Shown here: positions 52,519 through 61,942 of the stretch, one piece after another
How the letters are laid out: every line of letters begins with the position of its first letter
Numbering within the stretch: the stretch's first letter is position 1
Virus record (IMG/VR): IMGVR_UViG_3300044294_000233
Direction: 5' to 3' (one strand)
Length of the DNA: 64,000 nt
Source: a virus
Lineage: Duplodnaviria > Heunggongvirae > Uroviricota > Caudoviricetes
The notes under the pieces: generated by a model
Seen by the model: only the letters and a program-made list of their open reading frames with translations
What the model was told of the DNA's origin: nothing
Database searches by the model: none
Made by a program: the position numbers and the translations under genes

Positions 52519-53019
52519 ATGTCCAAAGCAGGCAAAATGCACGGCGAGATCGTCAGCGAAGAAGAAGTCGCGAAGGGACTCGGCTTCGCAAACGTCGATG
52601 AGTTCCGCCGCTGGCAAACCGAACTCGGCCACAAGAAAGGGGAACTCGAATTCGCACTTTCCGAAGCCAAGCGGGAGTCGCGCCGCTTCCGATGGGCCGG
52701 AATGCGTATGGAGTTCATGCTCGGCAAGGCCGAAGCCTATCTCCAGACCGAACTCAACGCCGCCAAGCACCACGTCGCCAAACTCGAAAATTCCGGGGTA
52801 ATGGCTGAAGGGGCCATGAACGAGAACTCGGAGATGGCGGCAGTCAAAGACACCATCGAGATTCTCGAAAAGCTGCTCCTCGGTATCCGCGTCGTCTGCA
52901 ACAGGGACGTTGACTGGAAGCACGTTCTGGAAGACTGGCTCGGTCAGTTCAACAAGTCCGATGAAGAGATCTTTAAGGCCAAACAAGCGGCCGAAGCCCA
53001 ACCGGAAAGTGGTTCTTGA
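52519..53019 (+). CDS. Hypothetical protein.
   Basis: ATG at 52519, after a hairpin. It lies inside the longer annotated frame 52231..53019. Confidence 0.4.
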   Translation: MSKAGKMHGEIVSEEEVAKGLGFANVDEFRRWQTELGHKKGELEFALSEAKRESRRFRWAGMRMEFMLGKAEAYLQTELNAAKHHVAKLENSGVMAEGAMNENSEMAAVKDTIEILEKLLLGIRVVCNRDVDWKHVLEDWLGQFNKSDEEIFKAKQAAEAQPESGS

Positions 53020-53038
53020 ATCCCGAAGGGACACCGGC

Positions 53039-53048
53039 GTCTATACTG
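53039..53048 (+). promoter_or_regulatory. GTCTATACTG motif in the loop of the hairpin 53028-53058, 28 nt upstream of the ATG at 53076.
   Basis: Exact 10-mer. Confidence 0.35.
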
Positions 53049-53075
53049 CCGGTGTCCCTAACTCAAAGGTGCCTC

Positions 53076-53456
53076 ATGAAGACGACACAAAAGCACGTTC
53101 AAGCCGGCGCGAACCTGTTGGACGATCACTGGCCCGGTTGGGCCGGGAAGATCAAGCCGGACGAGATCAAGATGTTCTCGAACCAGAACTGCATCATGGG
53201 CCAACTCGCCCGCACCAAAAAGAAAACCTGTCGCGTCCTCGCGGCCGAGTACGGTATCGGCAACGATTCCCTCGTGCGGTTCGGGTTCGAGGGAGACGGC
53301 AGCGAACACGACGAACAAATCGCCAATTGGTGGCGAGAAGAGATCAAGAAGCGGCTCGTCGGGCCTACAATCAACGAACTGGACGGCTCGCCCAAGAACG
53401 CGAAGGCGAGGAAGAAGCCGACCAACTCAGTCAAGAAGGTCGCCAAAAAGAGGTAG
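53076..53456 (+). CDS. Hypothetical protein with a Lys-rich C-terminus.
   Basis: ATG at 53076. The C-terminus reads KNAKARKKPTNSVKKVAKKR. Confidence 0.4.
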   Translation: MKTTQKHVQAGANLLDDHWPGWAGKIKPDEIKMFSNQNCIMGQLARTKKKTCRVLAAEYGIGNDSLVRFGFEGDGSEHDEQIANWWREEIKKRLVGPTINELDGSPKNAKARKKPTNSVKKVAKKR

Positions 53457-53460
53457 CTGT

Positions 53461-53989
53461 TATGGGCCAGTGGTACTACACCGAGATCTTCTTCACCGGG
53501 CCGATCCCGAACGAAGATCAACTCGTTCGTCTGAACCAAGCGTTCCGGGCGGTCGATCACGACTTCCCGCCGATCACCGTGGCCGGCGTCGAACGCAACT
53601 GGCGCAATCCTTCGCTGACTCTCGAACAGGCTCTCGGCCTGTTCGAGAGGGCCGGCTTCCCCTGCAAAGGCTGGCAAGTCTACGAGGGGCGAGAGGTTTA
53701 TACCGCCCCGGACTACATCGCCAGCAAGCTCGACATGTGCGCGGATCTGATGGAGTTCGACAGCCAGAACTGGCGAGAAGCTTACGAACGCGGGCTTACC
53801 CCGGAAGAGATCGCTAAGGCCGAGAACGCCGAACGAACCATGCTGCTCCGCAACTACTTCTTCGAGCAGTCGCTGCGGATGAGGGACATCCTCAAGGTGG
53901 TCGATCCCGAAGATAAAGAGGCCGTGGAAAAAGTCGCGAAACTGTTCAACGAACTCCGCGACAAGTACGGCGAGAAGATGAAAGCGTAA
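53461..53989 (+). CDS. Hypothetical protein.
   Basis: 176-aa ORF starting at the ATG at 53461. Confidence 0.4.
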
Positions 53990-54087
53990 TCGACCATTAC
54001 GGTCGAGTCCAAGATGGGGAGATGACACTCGTGGATAGAATCCAGCCGGCCCCCAACAAGATGTAATTGCCCACGCCGGTCGAGAGT

Positions 54088-54546
54088 TTACTTGATCACG
54101 AACGCACGCAGTTCCGACACTTTTAGCAGCCGCGCCGCATTGACGCGGCTCACCCCGTCCATAACCCGAATGCCGCTGTCGTCGCTGTAAACGATGATTG
54201 GCGGCGTCATCTTCCTGAAATCGGGACCACGCACCGCCAGAGCTTGAGACTGTTCCAGCGTGTCTGGAGCCTCGCGGCCCAACATCTGGGCGAAAGCTCC
54301 CATCATTTCCAGAGTCTTCTTCTTGTCGCCGGCCGGTACGTTCGCCAAGCTCGCCAACGGAAACATTTCCTGATACGTCACTTCTCGGCGTGCTGCGAGA
54401 GCCTTCTGAATAGTGCCGAAATCCATCCCCGCAGTGTCTAGACTGCTCGACCGCGACAACACCTTTGCCTCGGCAATGCTCCTGACGGGGCGGTATTCAA
54501 TCGCTTCGATCCACAACTTGAAGTCTCTCATGTCGGTATTTAGCAT
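54088..54546 (-). CDS. ParB-like domain protein (tentative).
   Basis: PIIVYSDDSGIRVMDGVSRVNAARLLKVSELRAFVI resembles the ParB N-terminal domain (DGxxR ... A). Confidence 0.35.
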   Translation of the reverse strand: MLNTDMRDFKLWIEAIEYRPVRSIAEAKVLSRSSSLDTAGMDFGTIQKALAARREVTYQEMFPLASLANVPAGDKKKTLEMMGAFAQMLGREAPDTLEQSQALAVRGPDFRKMTPPIIVYSDDSGIRVMDGVSRVNAARLLKVSELRAFVIK

Positions 54547-54578
54547 CCAAACGCCATGCTCCGAAGCTAAATACCCGC

Positions 54579-55274
54579 ATGTTGAGCTTCAAACACTGGC
54601 TTACCGAAATCAAGAAAACCGGCGGCGACGATCACGGAGTCGATGACGACGACTTCGAGGATGACGATTTTGATCAAGAAATGGGCATGGACGACGGCAA
54701 CCCCGATGTCGTATTCGGCCGGCGCGACGAGAACGCCAAAATCGAGCCGAGTGAGATCCTCAAGGCTCTGGGTTTGCCCGGCGACAAGCTCGAATACCAC
54801 GACAAAGGCACTTTCGCCCTCGTCTACAAGCACCCGACCGACAAGAACCTGCTCATCAAACTGACGGCCGACGCCAAAGACGCGGCCAATCTCGAAAAGG
54901 CCCAGAGCTTGAAAAGCCGCTGCATCGTCAGGGTTCACAAGGTTGCTAAGGTCCGTGAACACGCTTTCGCGTTGATCGTGGATTTCATCAAAGGCCCGCC
55001 GATGGTTTACGGCAGTGATGGTTTGTTGTCGTTGATCAGCGGTGATAGGTGGCAAGATGCGAAAGAAGCCGTCAGGGGCATTCTGAAACCCGACCGCACC
55101 AGAGTGGAAACTCTCAATCACTTCAAGAAGAACACTCCCCAGGAACTGACCAAGTTGAGCGAGCTTTTTGCTACGCTCGCCAAACTTGAAGGACTGGGGA
55201 TCGAAATTGACGACTTTGGCGACAACATTCACGACGCGGGCGACCACTACGTCATGATCGACTTAGGGCTTTGA
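54579..55274 (+). CDS. Atypical protein-kinase-like protein with an acidic N-terminus (tentative).
   Basis: GTFALVYKH...LLIKL resembles a Gly loop plus Lys. GIEIDDFGDNIHDAGDHYVMIDLG resembles a catalytic loop plus a DFG-like motif. Confidence 0.3.
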   Translation: MLSFKHWLTEIKKTGGDDHGVDDDDFEDDDFDQEMGMDDGNPDVVFGRRDENAKIEPSEILKALGLPGDKLEYHDKGTFALVYKHPTDKNLLIKLTADAKDAANLEKAQSLKSRCIVRVHKVAKVREHAFALIVDFIKGPPMVYGSDGLLSLISGDRWQDAKEAVRGILKPDRTRVETLNHFKKNTPQELTKLSELFATLAKLEGLGIEIDDFGDNIHDAGDHYVMIDLGL

Positions 55275-55713
55275 ACTCGGCCACGTCGAACTCCGAACGG
55301 GATTCGTGTTCCTCGTAGACGAATCCCAAGCCCCTCTCGCCTACCGCATTCTGGATCTGCCGCTTGAGCTTCAACAGCCCGGTCCACGAATGCTGTGTGA
55401 TTTCGCCGTAGTAGATTCTCTTGCCACAGATCCGCGCCCGACGCTGGCAGTACGGCAGGTTCAGGATCTCTTCCAGAGGGATTTTGAGCTTCCGTGCGAC
55501 ACGTCGCGCCACCGTATTGTGCCAGAAGGTGACGTGCATCAGGTCTTTCTTGCCGGCCGGGAACACGATTTCCGGTTCGGCGTCACCGAGTTCGAGGATG
55601 TAAATCGGGTAGCTGGACGGCTTCGTCTCGCGGTCCAGCTTCTCATCGATCCGGTCGATGTCGTCGCTCAGTTCCTTCTTGAGACGACCCCGGATGTCGG
55701 TGTTGCGTGCCAT
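55252..55713 (-). CDS. Hypothetical protein, possibly GIY-YIG-like.
   Basis: The start MARNTD at 55711-55713 overlaps the upstream stop (TAATG). SYPIYILELGD and a downstream Arg/His resemble the GIY-YIG pattern weakly. The annotated longer ORF 55252..56163 runs into Arg-rich antisense sequence. Confidence 0.3.
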   Translation of the reverse strand: MARNTDIRGRLKKELSDDIDRIDEKLDRETKPSSYPIYILELGDAEPEIVFPAGKKDLMHVTFWHNTVARRVARKLKIPLEEILNLPYCQRRARICGKRIYYGEITQHSWTGLLKLKRQIQNAVGERGLGFVYEEHESRSEFDVAEFKALSRS

Positions 55714-57014
55714 TAGTATTCCCTCTTGTCTTCTTTCTCGGCGATTGCCACCAGTTTCTTCAGGATCTTCTTCTGGATGTCCCAGTTGTCGTCCTGACTG
55801 CCGAGCGACGGCAACGACCGCGACTGGTGACGGTGAGCCATGACGTGTTCCACAATCGCCAGTTCCGCACACGGTTGCAGAACTTGATCGAGCGGGAACT
55901 CTTTGTCTTCCGCCGCACTCATGATGTGCGAATGAGGCATCGTCTGGTACGGAATCGAGTTCAGTACCTCGCGGAACGACAGGTCGGAAAGGTACGGGAG
56001 ATCGTCCAGAATGTCTTCCGGCAGATCCTTCTTCCCGCCCAGACTGTCCTGCATCCGGCGTTCCTTCGTGGTGATCTTCTTCAACTTCTCGTAGAACGCG
56101 CCGACCGTCAGCGGCTCCTTGTCCCGCCACGACTTGATCTTCATCGACGTGTACGCCTTCCACACGTCGTCACGCACCACCACCATCGCGACCGGCAGTT
56201 TCCTGTAGTTGCCGTGCTTTTCGGGGTACTCTTTCACCGCTCGCTTCGCCTCGGCCGCGTCGAAAAGCAGGGACGGGTCTTTCAACGCCCCCTTCGGCGA
56301 GACGATCAGTGCCGGCTCGTACTTGCGGTCGGGGATGTGGTACGCGAGCTTGCAGTCGTAGGTCTGTGACAGCACCTTCTCGGCCGCTCGCAGTTTCTTC
56401 AGTTCGAGCGTGTGGTTGTAACTCACGAACGTCAGGCACACCACGCCCGGCTTGACCGGCTGTGCGTTGAACCCGTCCCGCTGTTCGTCCAACTTCTCCA
56501 TCTTGTCTTCGTCTTCGCTGTCCTCATTCGGCACCGTCGAACGGTCGATCTCCATGTGAATGAGCAGACCGGCTTTCTTCAGCAGGTGATGCACTTTCTC
56601 CCACGTCGGCCAGTGGGCGGGGCCGTCAGAACGCGGCCGTGTGCAGTGGTCTTGTACCTCTAGGCGACCCTCCCACGCCGCCTCGACGTAGTGATCGAAG
56701 GGCTTCCCCAACATCACCGGGACGGCGTGGCACTGGTTGAACCCGTAGGGCTTGACGACCACGTCGTCTTGGAACTTCTTCACCACCAGATCGAGCAGCG
56801 GCGACGGCTTGATCTCGGCCCGGCCGTAGTCGTCGTACTTGCCCGACATCGGCGGCGTCCGCACGAACCATTGGTCGTAGAGGTAGCAGCCCCGTTGAAA
56901 AATCCGTTGATCGGATTGGACGTAAGGGTTTTGCGTCAGGAAGAGGAACTTGACTTTGTCCCCGTAGCCGATGGCGAGGTTGCTCAAGGCACAGTTTTCG
57001 TTGAAACTTCCCAT
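55713..57014 (-). CDS. Hypothetical protein.
   Basis: 433-aa ORF with balanced composition. Confidence 0.45.
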   Translation of the reverse strand: MGSFNENCALSNLAIGYGDKVKFLFLTQNPYVQSDQRIFQRGCYLYDQWFVRTPPMSGKYDDYGRAEIKPSPLLDLVVKKFQDDVVVKPYGFNQCHAVPVMLGKPFDHYVEAAWEGRLEVQDHCTRPRSDGPAHWPTWEKVHHLLKKAGLLIHMEIDRSTVPNEDSEDEDKMEKLDEQRDGFNAQPVKPGVVCLTFVSYNHTLELKKLRAAEKVLSQTYDCKLAYHIPDRKYEPALIVSPKGALKDPSLLFDAAEAKRAVKEYPEKHGNYRKLPVAMVVVRDDVWKAYTSMKIKSWRDKEPLTVGAFYEKLKKITTKERRMQDSLGGKKDLPEDILDDLPYLSDLSFREVLNSIPYQTMPHSHIMSAAEDKEFPLDQVLQPCAELAIVEHVMAHRHQSRSLPSLGSQDDNWDIQKKILKKLVAIAEKEDKREY

Positions 57015-57121
57015 TTGACTCTCCGAACTGTGGGGTACTACGGGTGCGAATTATCAACCCGCAACTGGCATTATCGACCGCCTCACACACCTTGTAAACC
57101 ACACGCCCGGAAATTATCAAG

Positions 57122-57150
57122 TTGACAAAGGTGACGATCATGCCTAAAGT
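57122..57150 (+). promoter_or_regulatory. Sigma70-like promoter TTGACA-17-TAAAGT upstream of the gene at 57235.
   Basis: ttgaca at 57122-57127, a 17-nt spacer, and taaagt at 57145-57150. Confidence 0.35.
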
Positions 57151-57234
57151 AACCCCGCTGGACCGCCGGACGCGGAGTGGACTTCCCACTACCAGCAAGG
57201 AACTCGACCGGAAGGTCGATCATCAGGAGTTTCC

Positions 57235-57517
57235 CATGAAGAAGTGCATCACCGCACTCGCCGTCGCCGCAGCCGTCTTCCTGCTCGCACAGGACGCACA
57301 AGCCTTCGGCAAACGGAAGTGCAACACCTGCCAGACCGTCTCAACCTGTCAACCCGCTCCCACCTCGTGCCAAACCGTCGTGACCGTACACGCGAACCCG
57401 CCGACCGTCGTTTACGCCGCGCCGACAACGGTCCACTTCCAGCCGACAACCGTCTGGCAAACCGTCAACTGGCCGTCAACCTGCCCCAACGGTCGCTGTC
57501 CGACCGTCAACCGCTAA
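57235..57517 (+). CDS. Small secreted Cys-rich protein.
   Basis: ATG at 57235 with an AGGAG ribosome-binding site. The N-terminus MKKCITALAVAAAVFLLAQDAQA is signal-peptide-like. The mature part is Cys/Thr/Pro-rich. Confidence 0.45.
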
Positions 57518-57524
57518 CAACGAA

Positions 57525-57557
57525 CAAGCCCGGCTTCTGGCCGGGCTTGTTTGATTT
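57525..57557. terminator. Bidirectional rho-independent terminator between convergent genes.
   Basis: caagcccggc/gccgggcttg stem followed by tttgattt. Confidence 0.6.
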
Positions 57558-58203
57558 AGAACCAGTATTGCAACGTTGACAGCTTTCTGGTGGCAATCAC
57601 GTTGCGGGGCTTCGTCTTCGTCTCCCGCACCTTGCACCTCTCTGGATCGACCTCCTTCATTCTGGTCGCCAGCGGCGTCGGGTAGTCCAGCTTCTCGCTC
57701 ATCCGCCACTTCACCCACGACACGCCGTCGCCGGCATACCCCTCCCACGTCTTCACCCACGCCGGCCGCAGATCCGTCTGGAGGAACCCACTCAGGGCGT
57801 GAATGACGTGGTACTCCATCCACAGGAACCACGTCGGACCCTTCTGGAAAGACATGTTGTCCCGGCAGAACACTTCCTGCGCGTCCGACGCCACCCGCAT
57901 CAGATCCTTCATCATGTTCTCGCCCACGCCCAGACTCATGCCGAGCGGCTTGAACCGATCCAACATCGCTTCGATCTCAAGCCGGAAACACTTGCCGTAC
58001 TCCTTCTTCTGGAGCCAGACGTTGCCCAGAAGGTACTTCTTCTGCTGATCCGCTTTCGACAGCGGTTTGGCCTTGTACGGCTCCAAGTCCTTCTCCGAAA
58101 CCGTCACGTTGTAACACCCCGCCATCTGACTCAGATCGTACTCCGTGATGTGGATCGTCGGACTGATGCAGTTGCTCGGCGGGAACCCCTTGAGAATTGC
58201 CAT
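57556..58203 (-). CDS. Hypothetical protein.
   Basis: 215-aa ORF. Confidence 0.4.
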   Translation of the reverse strand: MAILKGFPPSNCISPTIHITEYDLSQMAGCYNVTVSEKDLEPYKAKPLSKADQQKKYLLGNVWLQKKEYGKCFRLEIEAMLDRFKPLGMSLGVGENMMKDLMRVASDAQEVFCRDNMSFQKGPTWFLWMEYHVIHALSGFLQTDLRPAWVKTWEGYAGDGVSWVKWRMSEKLDYPTPLATRMKEVDPERCKVRETKTKPRNVIATRKLSTLQYWF

Positions 58204-58310
58204 TTGAACCCTTTCTTCTCCCGTATGGAGTGAAGCCTGTGAGAATTGCCATTCTTGTTTCTTAACAGAGTCCCGCCCGGTTATAATTCAACTCACAACC
58301 GGGAGAAACA

Positions 58311-58619
58311 ATGAGCAATCAGTGGTTGGACAAGAAACTAGAAGAGAAGATCGCCACGCTGGAACTGGCACTGGAAAACGTCCGGGCGGCGTTCCTTCAA
58401 AGGACGGACGAGTACAACAAACTCAACTTAAAGCTGGCGAACGTCGAAGCCGACCTGTTCGCCGAGTACGACAAAAAGGTGGCCGACCTGAAGGTGTACA
58501 TTGTCGGCGAAGTTGACAAGTACCTTGATCACCTGCTCAAGAAAGAGAACAAGATCCCGTCACAGATCCGTGCGACCATGACCGCAGAGGAAATCGTCGC
58601 CAAGTGCCTCGGTCACTGA
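58311..58619 (+). CDS. Small coiled-coil protein.
   Basis: 102-aa ORF. It contains the heptad run LEEKIATLELALENVRAAF. Confidence 0.4.
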   Translation: MSNQWLDKKLEEKIATLELALENVRAAFLQRTDEYNKLNLKLANVEADLFAEYDKKVADLKVYIVGEVDKYLDHLLKKENKIPSQIRATMTAEEIVAKCLGH

Positions 58620-59392
58620 GTCGTCTTCGGAACGTATGCCGGCTGTTGTGTCTGCGGTACGTCTTCGCCCGTATACCCCGGTTGCTGGTGAACGCCTCTG
58701 TTGAGGGGAACGCTGGTCCGGGGTTTTTGACCGGACATCTTCAATTTGACGGCCTCGTACACCCTTCTCAAGAATTTGTTCCTCAACTTCGGGTCGAGCT
58801 TCATGAACCTGTCGAACCTCGGAGCCAGATCCGGGGGCAAACCCTCGCTCCTGCCCCGCGCCGCGTTCTGAAGGAACGCCTTCGCTTCCTCGGCCGTCTT
58901 CATCTTCCGCACGATCCAGTTGGTGATCATTCCGCTGAAGGCGTCGAACTCGTGCCGCAGACTGTAATAGTTCTTGTAGTCGGCATCGTTGTCGAGCTTC
59001 ATGTCCGCACTACTGCCCGTCAGTTCGCCGGCCCTCGGATCGGTCGAGTGGATCAATTCGTGAACCAGAATGCTGTAGATCGCGTCGGCCGAACGCCCCT
59101 TCAACTTGAAAGCGTTCGCCACCACCTTGTTGCTACGCTCGTCGTCCCACGCCGCACCGATCCTCTGGTCGTCGTAAACTACCTCGAACGTGCGGAGAAA
59201 TCGCTGCGTCTTGCCCGTCTCGGAGTTCATCCGCTTCGACATCAACTGGCCGAGGGACACCGGCTCTCTGGTCTGGTAAACCTGCGGCACCGCGTCGGCG
59301 ATCTTCTGCGCCATGTCTTGCAGCTTCGCGTCCAAGTCGTCGGTCAAAAATCGGCCGACGCTCTCCAACAACCAGCGTGTGAACTGTTTCAT
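58613..59392 (-). CDS. Zinc-metallopeptidase-like protein (HExxH).
   Basis: The sequence SILVHELIHSTD contains HELIH. The plus-strand 334-aa ORF is Arg/Leu-rich antisense. Confidence 0.45.
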   Translation of the reverse strand: MKQFTRWLLESVGRFLTDDLDAKLQDMAQKIADAVPQVYQTREPVSLGQLMSKRMNSETGKTQRFLRTFEVVYDDQRIGAAWDDERSNKVVANAFKLKGRSADAIYSILVHELIHSTDPRAGELTGSSADMKLDNDADYKNYYSLRHEFDAFSGMITNWIVRKMKTAEEAKAFLQNAARGRSEGLPPDLAPRFDRFMKLDPKLRNKFLRRVYEAVKLKMSGQKPRTSVPLNRGVHQQPGYTGEDVPQTQQPAYVPKTTQ

Positions 59393-60669
59393 CAGAAAGG
59401 AATCTCCTCGTCGCCGAAGATGTCGCCGGGAACGTATTTCACCGGCTCGCGTTTGTTCTTCTTGTCCTCCAGCGTACCCGACAGGATCTCGTGCAACGCC
59501 TCCTTGTACCTCGTCGCCGCAGTCCCCTCTCTACGCGGAGGACCGGAACGGTACAGGTTCCACAACCAGTCTATCGCCCACGTCGAATACTCGTCGTCGT
59601 CTTGGTAGCCGGCTTCCATCCCCGGCTTGTTCCTAATAGTCTCCAGTCCGAACGTCGGCAACACCTCGGTCGCATACGCTTCCCAGTCGAACTTCCGCTT
59701 GCTCCAGTATTTGGCGACGTGGTCGTCGCCGAAAGCGTCGTGGGTCGAAGGGATGTGCAGCCGCTTGTACAGGTCGGCGTAAATCATCCGCTTCTCGGCG
59801 TACTCTCTGTCGCTGTGTTCGTAGCGCGACTGAACGACGCCGTCCAGTTCGGACTTCGGGATACCGAGCCGATTCGCTTCGCGAACGGCGTCCCCGTAAG
59901 TGTTCACCCGGCTCATGATCGCGTCCACGTCACGCTTCGTCAGCTTCCGGCGGTAAACGCTGTTCTTGTAGCCGTACCCGCCCTCGACCGGCTTCGCCGC
60001 CGGACCCGACTCGATCCCCTCTTCCTTGTCCCGGCGCGGCCACAATATCACCGTCAGTTCACGGGCCAGATCCGCCGCACCCTTCCCGTGCTTCCCGCCC
60101 CACTGCCCCGGATTCGTCTTCGACGCCTTCAACAACTGCCGCAGACCCTTCCGCTCCGGTTCGCTCAACCCGTCGATCAGTTTCTGCTTGACCCGGCCCT
60201 TCAGTGCGTCAACCAGAATTTCAAGCTCCGGTTCGTCTACGAAGTCCACGGTGTTGTGGCGGCGTTCGGCGGCGTATCCCAACATTTCAACGACCTGACG
60301 CCAGCTTCCGACGATGCGGCTCCGCATGTCGAAGTGCCGGCGTTCCGTGCTGCGCATGTAGTTGGTTTTGGGGACGCGGCGGGGCTTCTCGTCGTTCTCT
60401 CTGGGGTCGAGTTTGTTGCCCAACCACTCCTGGGCCATCTTCTTGGCCGTGTGCGGGCTGTCGGCGATGACGTAGACCACGTCCTCGGCGAAGTCGCCGG
60501 TCTTCCACTTCCGCTGGTTCTTCGGCGCGTGGAACGTCACGCGAAACTTTTTGTAGCCGTCCTCGTAGTTGCCGAGGATCGCGTGTTCGCTAAGACCGCC
60601 GATCTCTTCGACCGTAACGTCCAGCGGCCCAAGCTCAATAAACGAGCGGAATGACATACTGAATTCCAT
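59392..60669 (-). CDS. Hypothetical protein.
   Basis: 425-aa ORF. The plus-strand 387-aa ORF is antisense. Confidence 0.45.
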   Translation of the reverse strand: MEFSMSFRSFIELGPLDVTVEEIGGLSEHAILGNYEDGYKKFRVTFHAPKNQRKWKTGDFAEDVVYVIADSPHTAKKMAQEWLGNKLDPRENDEKPRRVPKTNYMRSTERRHFDMRSRIVGSWRQVVEMLGYAAERRHNTVDFVDEPELEILVDALKGRVKQKLIDGLSEPERKGLRQLLKASKTNPGQWGGKHGKGAADLARELTVILWPRRDKEEGIESGPAAKPVEGGYGYKNSVYRRKLTKRDVDAIMSRVNTYGDAVREANRLGIPKSELDGVVQSRYEHSDREYAEKRMIYADLYKRLHIPSTHDAFGDDHVAKYWSKRKFDWEAYATEVLPTFGLETIRNKPGMEAGYQDDDEYSTWAIDWLWNLYRSGPPRREGTAATRYKEALHEILSGTLEDKKNKREPVKYVPGDIFGDEEIPF

Positions 60670-60703
60670 GCCTTATTTAGCCGCTCCCGACAATAACTAA
60701 GGC

Positions 60704-61192
60704 ATGCAAACTTTCCGTCAGTGGATCGAATCGTCCCTTTCTCACCCCGCACAGGTCGCTTTCAACAGCGTCTTCGAGGCCGCTGTCGCCATCCGCAAGT
60801 TCATGAACAACCTCAAGGGCAAACAGCAAGTGCCGCAACAGGACGTGTACGGCATCGCCGACGCCGCCCAGAAGCTCTATTCCGCCATCATCAACATGGA
60901 CAGCACGACACGCGGCGAAATCGAAACCGGGCAACACACCGACGCCCTCTCGAACCGCGTCTACTACGCCATGAAGGACATCGACATGATCGTGTCGGAC
61001 ATGAAAGACAACCCGGAGCGGTACGGCGACATGGCGACTTCCGCCGTCTCAAGGCTCGGCGGAAATGGCTACAGTCAAACCGTCCGCACGGCCGGAACAG
61101 CCGGGAACAATCACCTGCAAGACATGTACAAAGAACTGGTCGGCCTGCGGCAGAAGATCCGGTCGGCCTACGACAACATGTTCAAGGACTAA
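60704..61192 (+). CDS. Hypothetical protein.
   Basis: 162-aa ORF. Confidence 0.4.
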   Translation: MQTFRQWIESSLSHPAQVAFNSVFEAAVAIRKFMNNLKGKQQVPQQDVYGIADAAQKLYSAIINMDSTTRGEIETGQHTDALSNRVYYAMKDIDMIVSDMKDNPERYGDMATSAVSRLGGNGYSQTVRTAGTAGNNHLQDMYKELVGLRQKIRSAYDNMFKD

Positions 61193-61431
61193 TCGCCCTG
61201 CCAGCCGGCGATCACGATAACCTTCTCGCCCTCGATCTCTTCGCCCTCTTCGTAGAGGTCTTCCGTGAAACACGAGCCGTCGTCCTGTTGGAACGCTATC
61301 TCACAACTCGTCGCCACGCCGCTATAACTCAGATCATCGAATCCGCAGGACGCGATGATCTTCAGGTTGTGGTTGGCCTCGTCCTCGTATAGCTTGTCAA
61401 CCAGTTCCTTCAACTCGAACAGTCTCATTCT
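61189..61431 (-). CDS. Small acidic hypothetical protein.
   Basis: Start MRLFELKE within the frame 61189..61542. Confidence 0.3.
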   Translation of the reverse strand, partial: RMRLFELKELVDKLYEDEANHNLKIIASCGFDDLSYSGVATSCEIAFQQDDGSCFTEDLYEEGEEIEGEKVIVIAGWQGD

Positions 61432-61694
61432 TCCTCCTCGTAGCCGCCGAGGTCTACGATGTGGCTGGTGCCTACTGGTGGCGTCGGCGGCGTCACCGGG
61501 GAGTAGTGGCTGAGTTGGCTCACGGGGAACCCCATGTCGCAACCCATGATGTAGTAGTACAGGTTGTTGCCGTTCTCTTCCTCGTCAATGGCGACCACCA
61601 TCGCGAACAGCACGCCGTTGAGCATGTCGTGTACCCAGTACAGACCCTCTTTTTCCGGCGTCCCCTCGATCCAGTTGATCTCGTTCATGGTCAT
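61425..61694 (-). CDS. Small hypothetical protein.
   Basis: Start MTMNEINW within the frame 61425..61742. Confidence 0.3.
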   Translation of the reverse strand: MTMNEINWIEGTPEKEGLYWVHDMLNGVLFAMVVAIDEEENGNNLYYYIMGCDMGFPVSQLSHYSPVTPPTPPVGTSHIVDLGGYEEEE

Positions 61695-61942
61695 TTCTCC
61701 AGTTCTGCGAGTTCCGCGTCGGACATTTCCCACTGCCGACACTTGTTCAGTGCGTCTTCCAACTTGTCGCCCGTCCTCGGAGGCGGCGCGGGCATCTCAC
61801 ATTCCGCTTCGATCTCGAAATCCGAACGGTTCAGTCTGGCACCGTCGTCCCGGCGAACCACGAACTTGATCATGTTCGGGAACACACCCGTCACCTTAGA
61901 AATCATCGACCGGATCTCGTCTTCTGTATAGATCGTTTTCAT
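61691..61942 (-). CDS. Small hypothetical protein.
   Basis: Start MKTIYTEDE within the frame 61691..62053. The ATGA overlaps the downstream gene. Confidence 0.3.
   Translation of the reverse strand: MKTIYTEDEIRSMISKVTGVFPNMIKFVVRRDDGARLNRSDFEIEAECEMPAPPPRTGDKLEDALNKCRQWEMSDAELAELEK

Noticed and set aside
55252-56163. Full 303-aa extent of the minus ORF.
   Set aside because: The N-terminal 150 residues are Gly/Arg/Glu-rich nonsense overlapping the 433-aa gene. A start at MARNTD (55713) with a TAATG stop-start overlap gives a sensible 153-aa protein.
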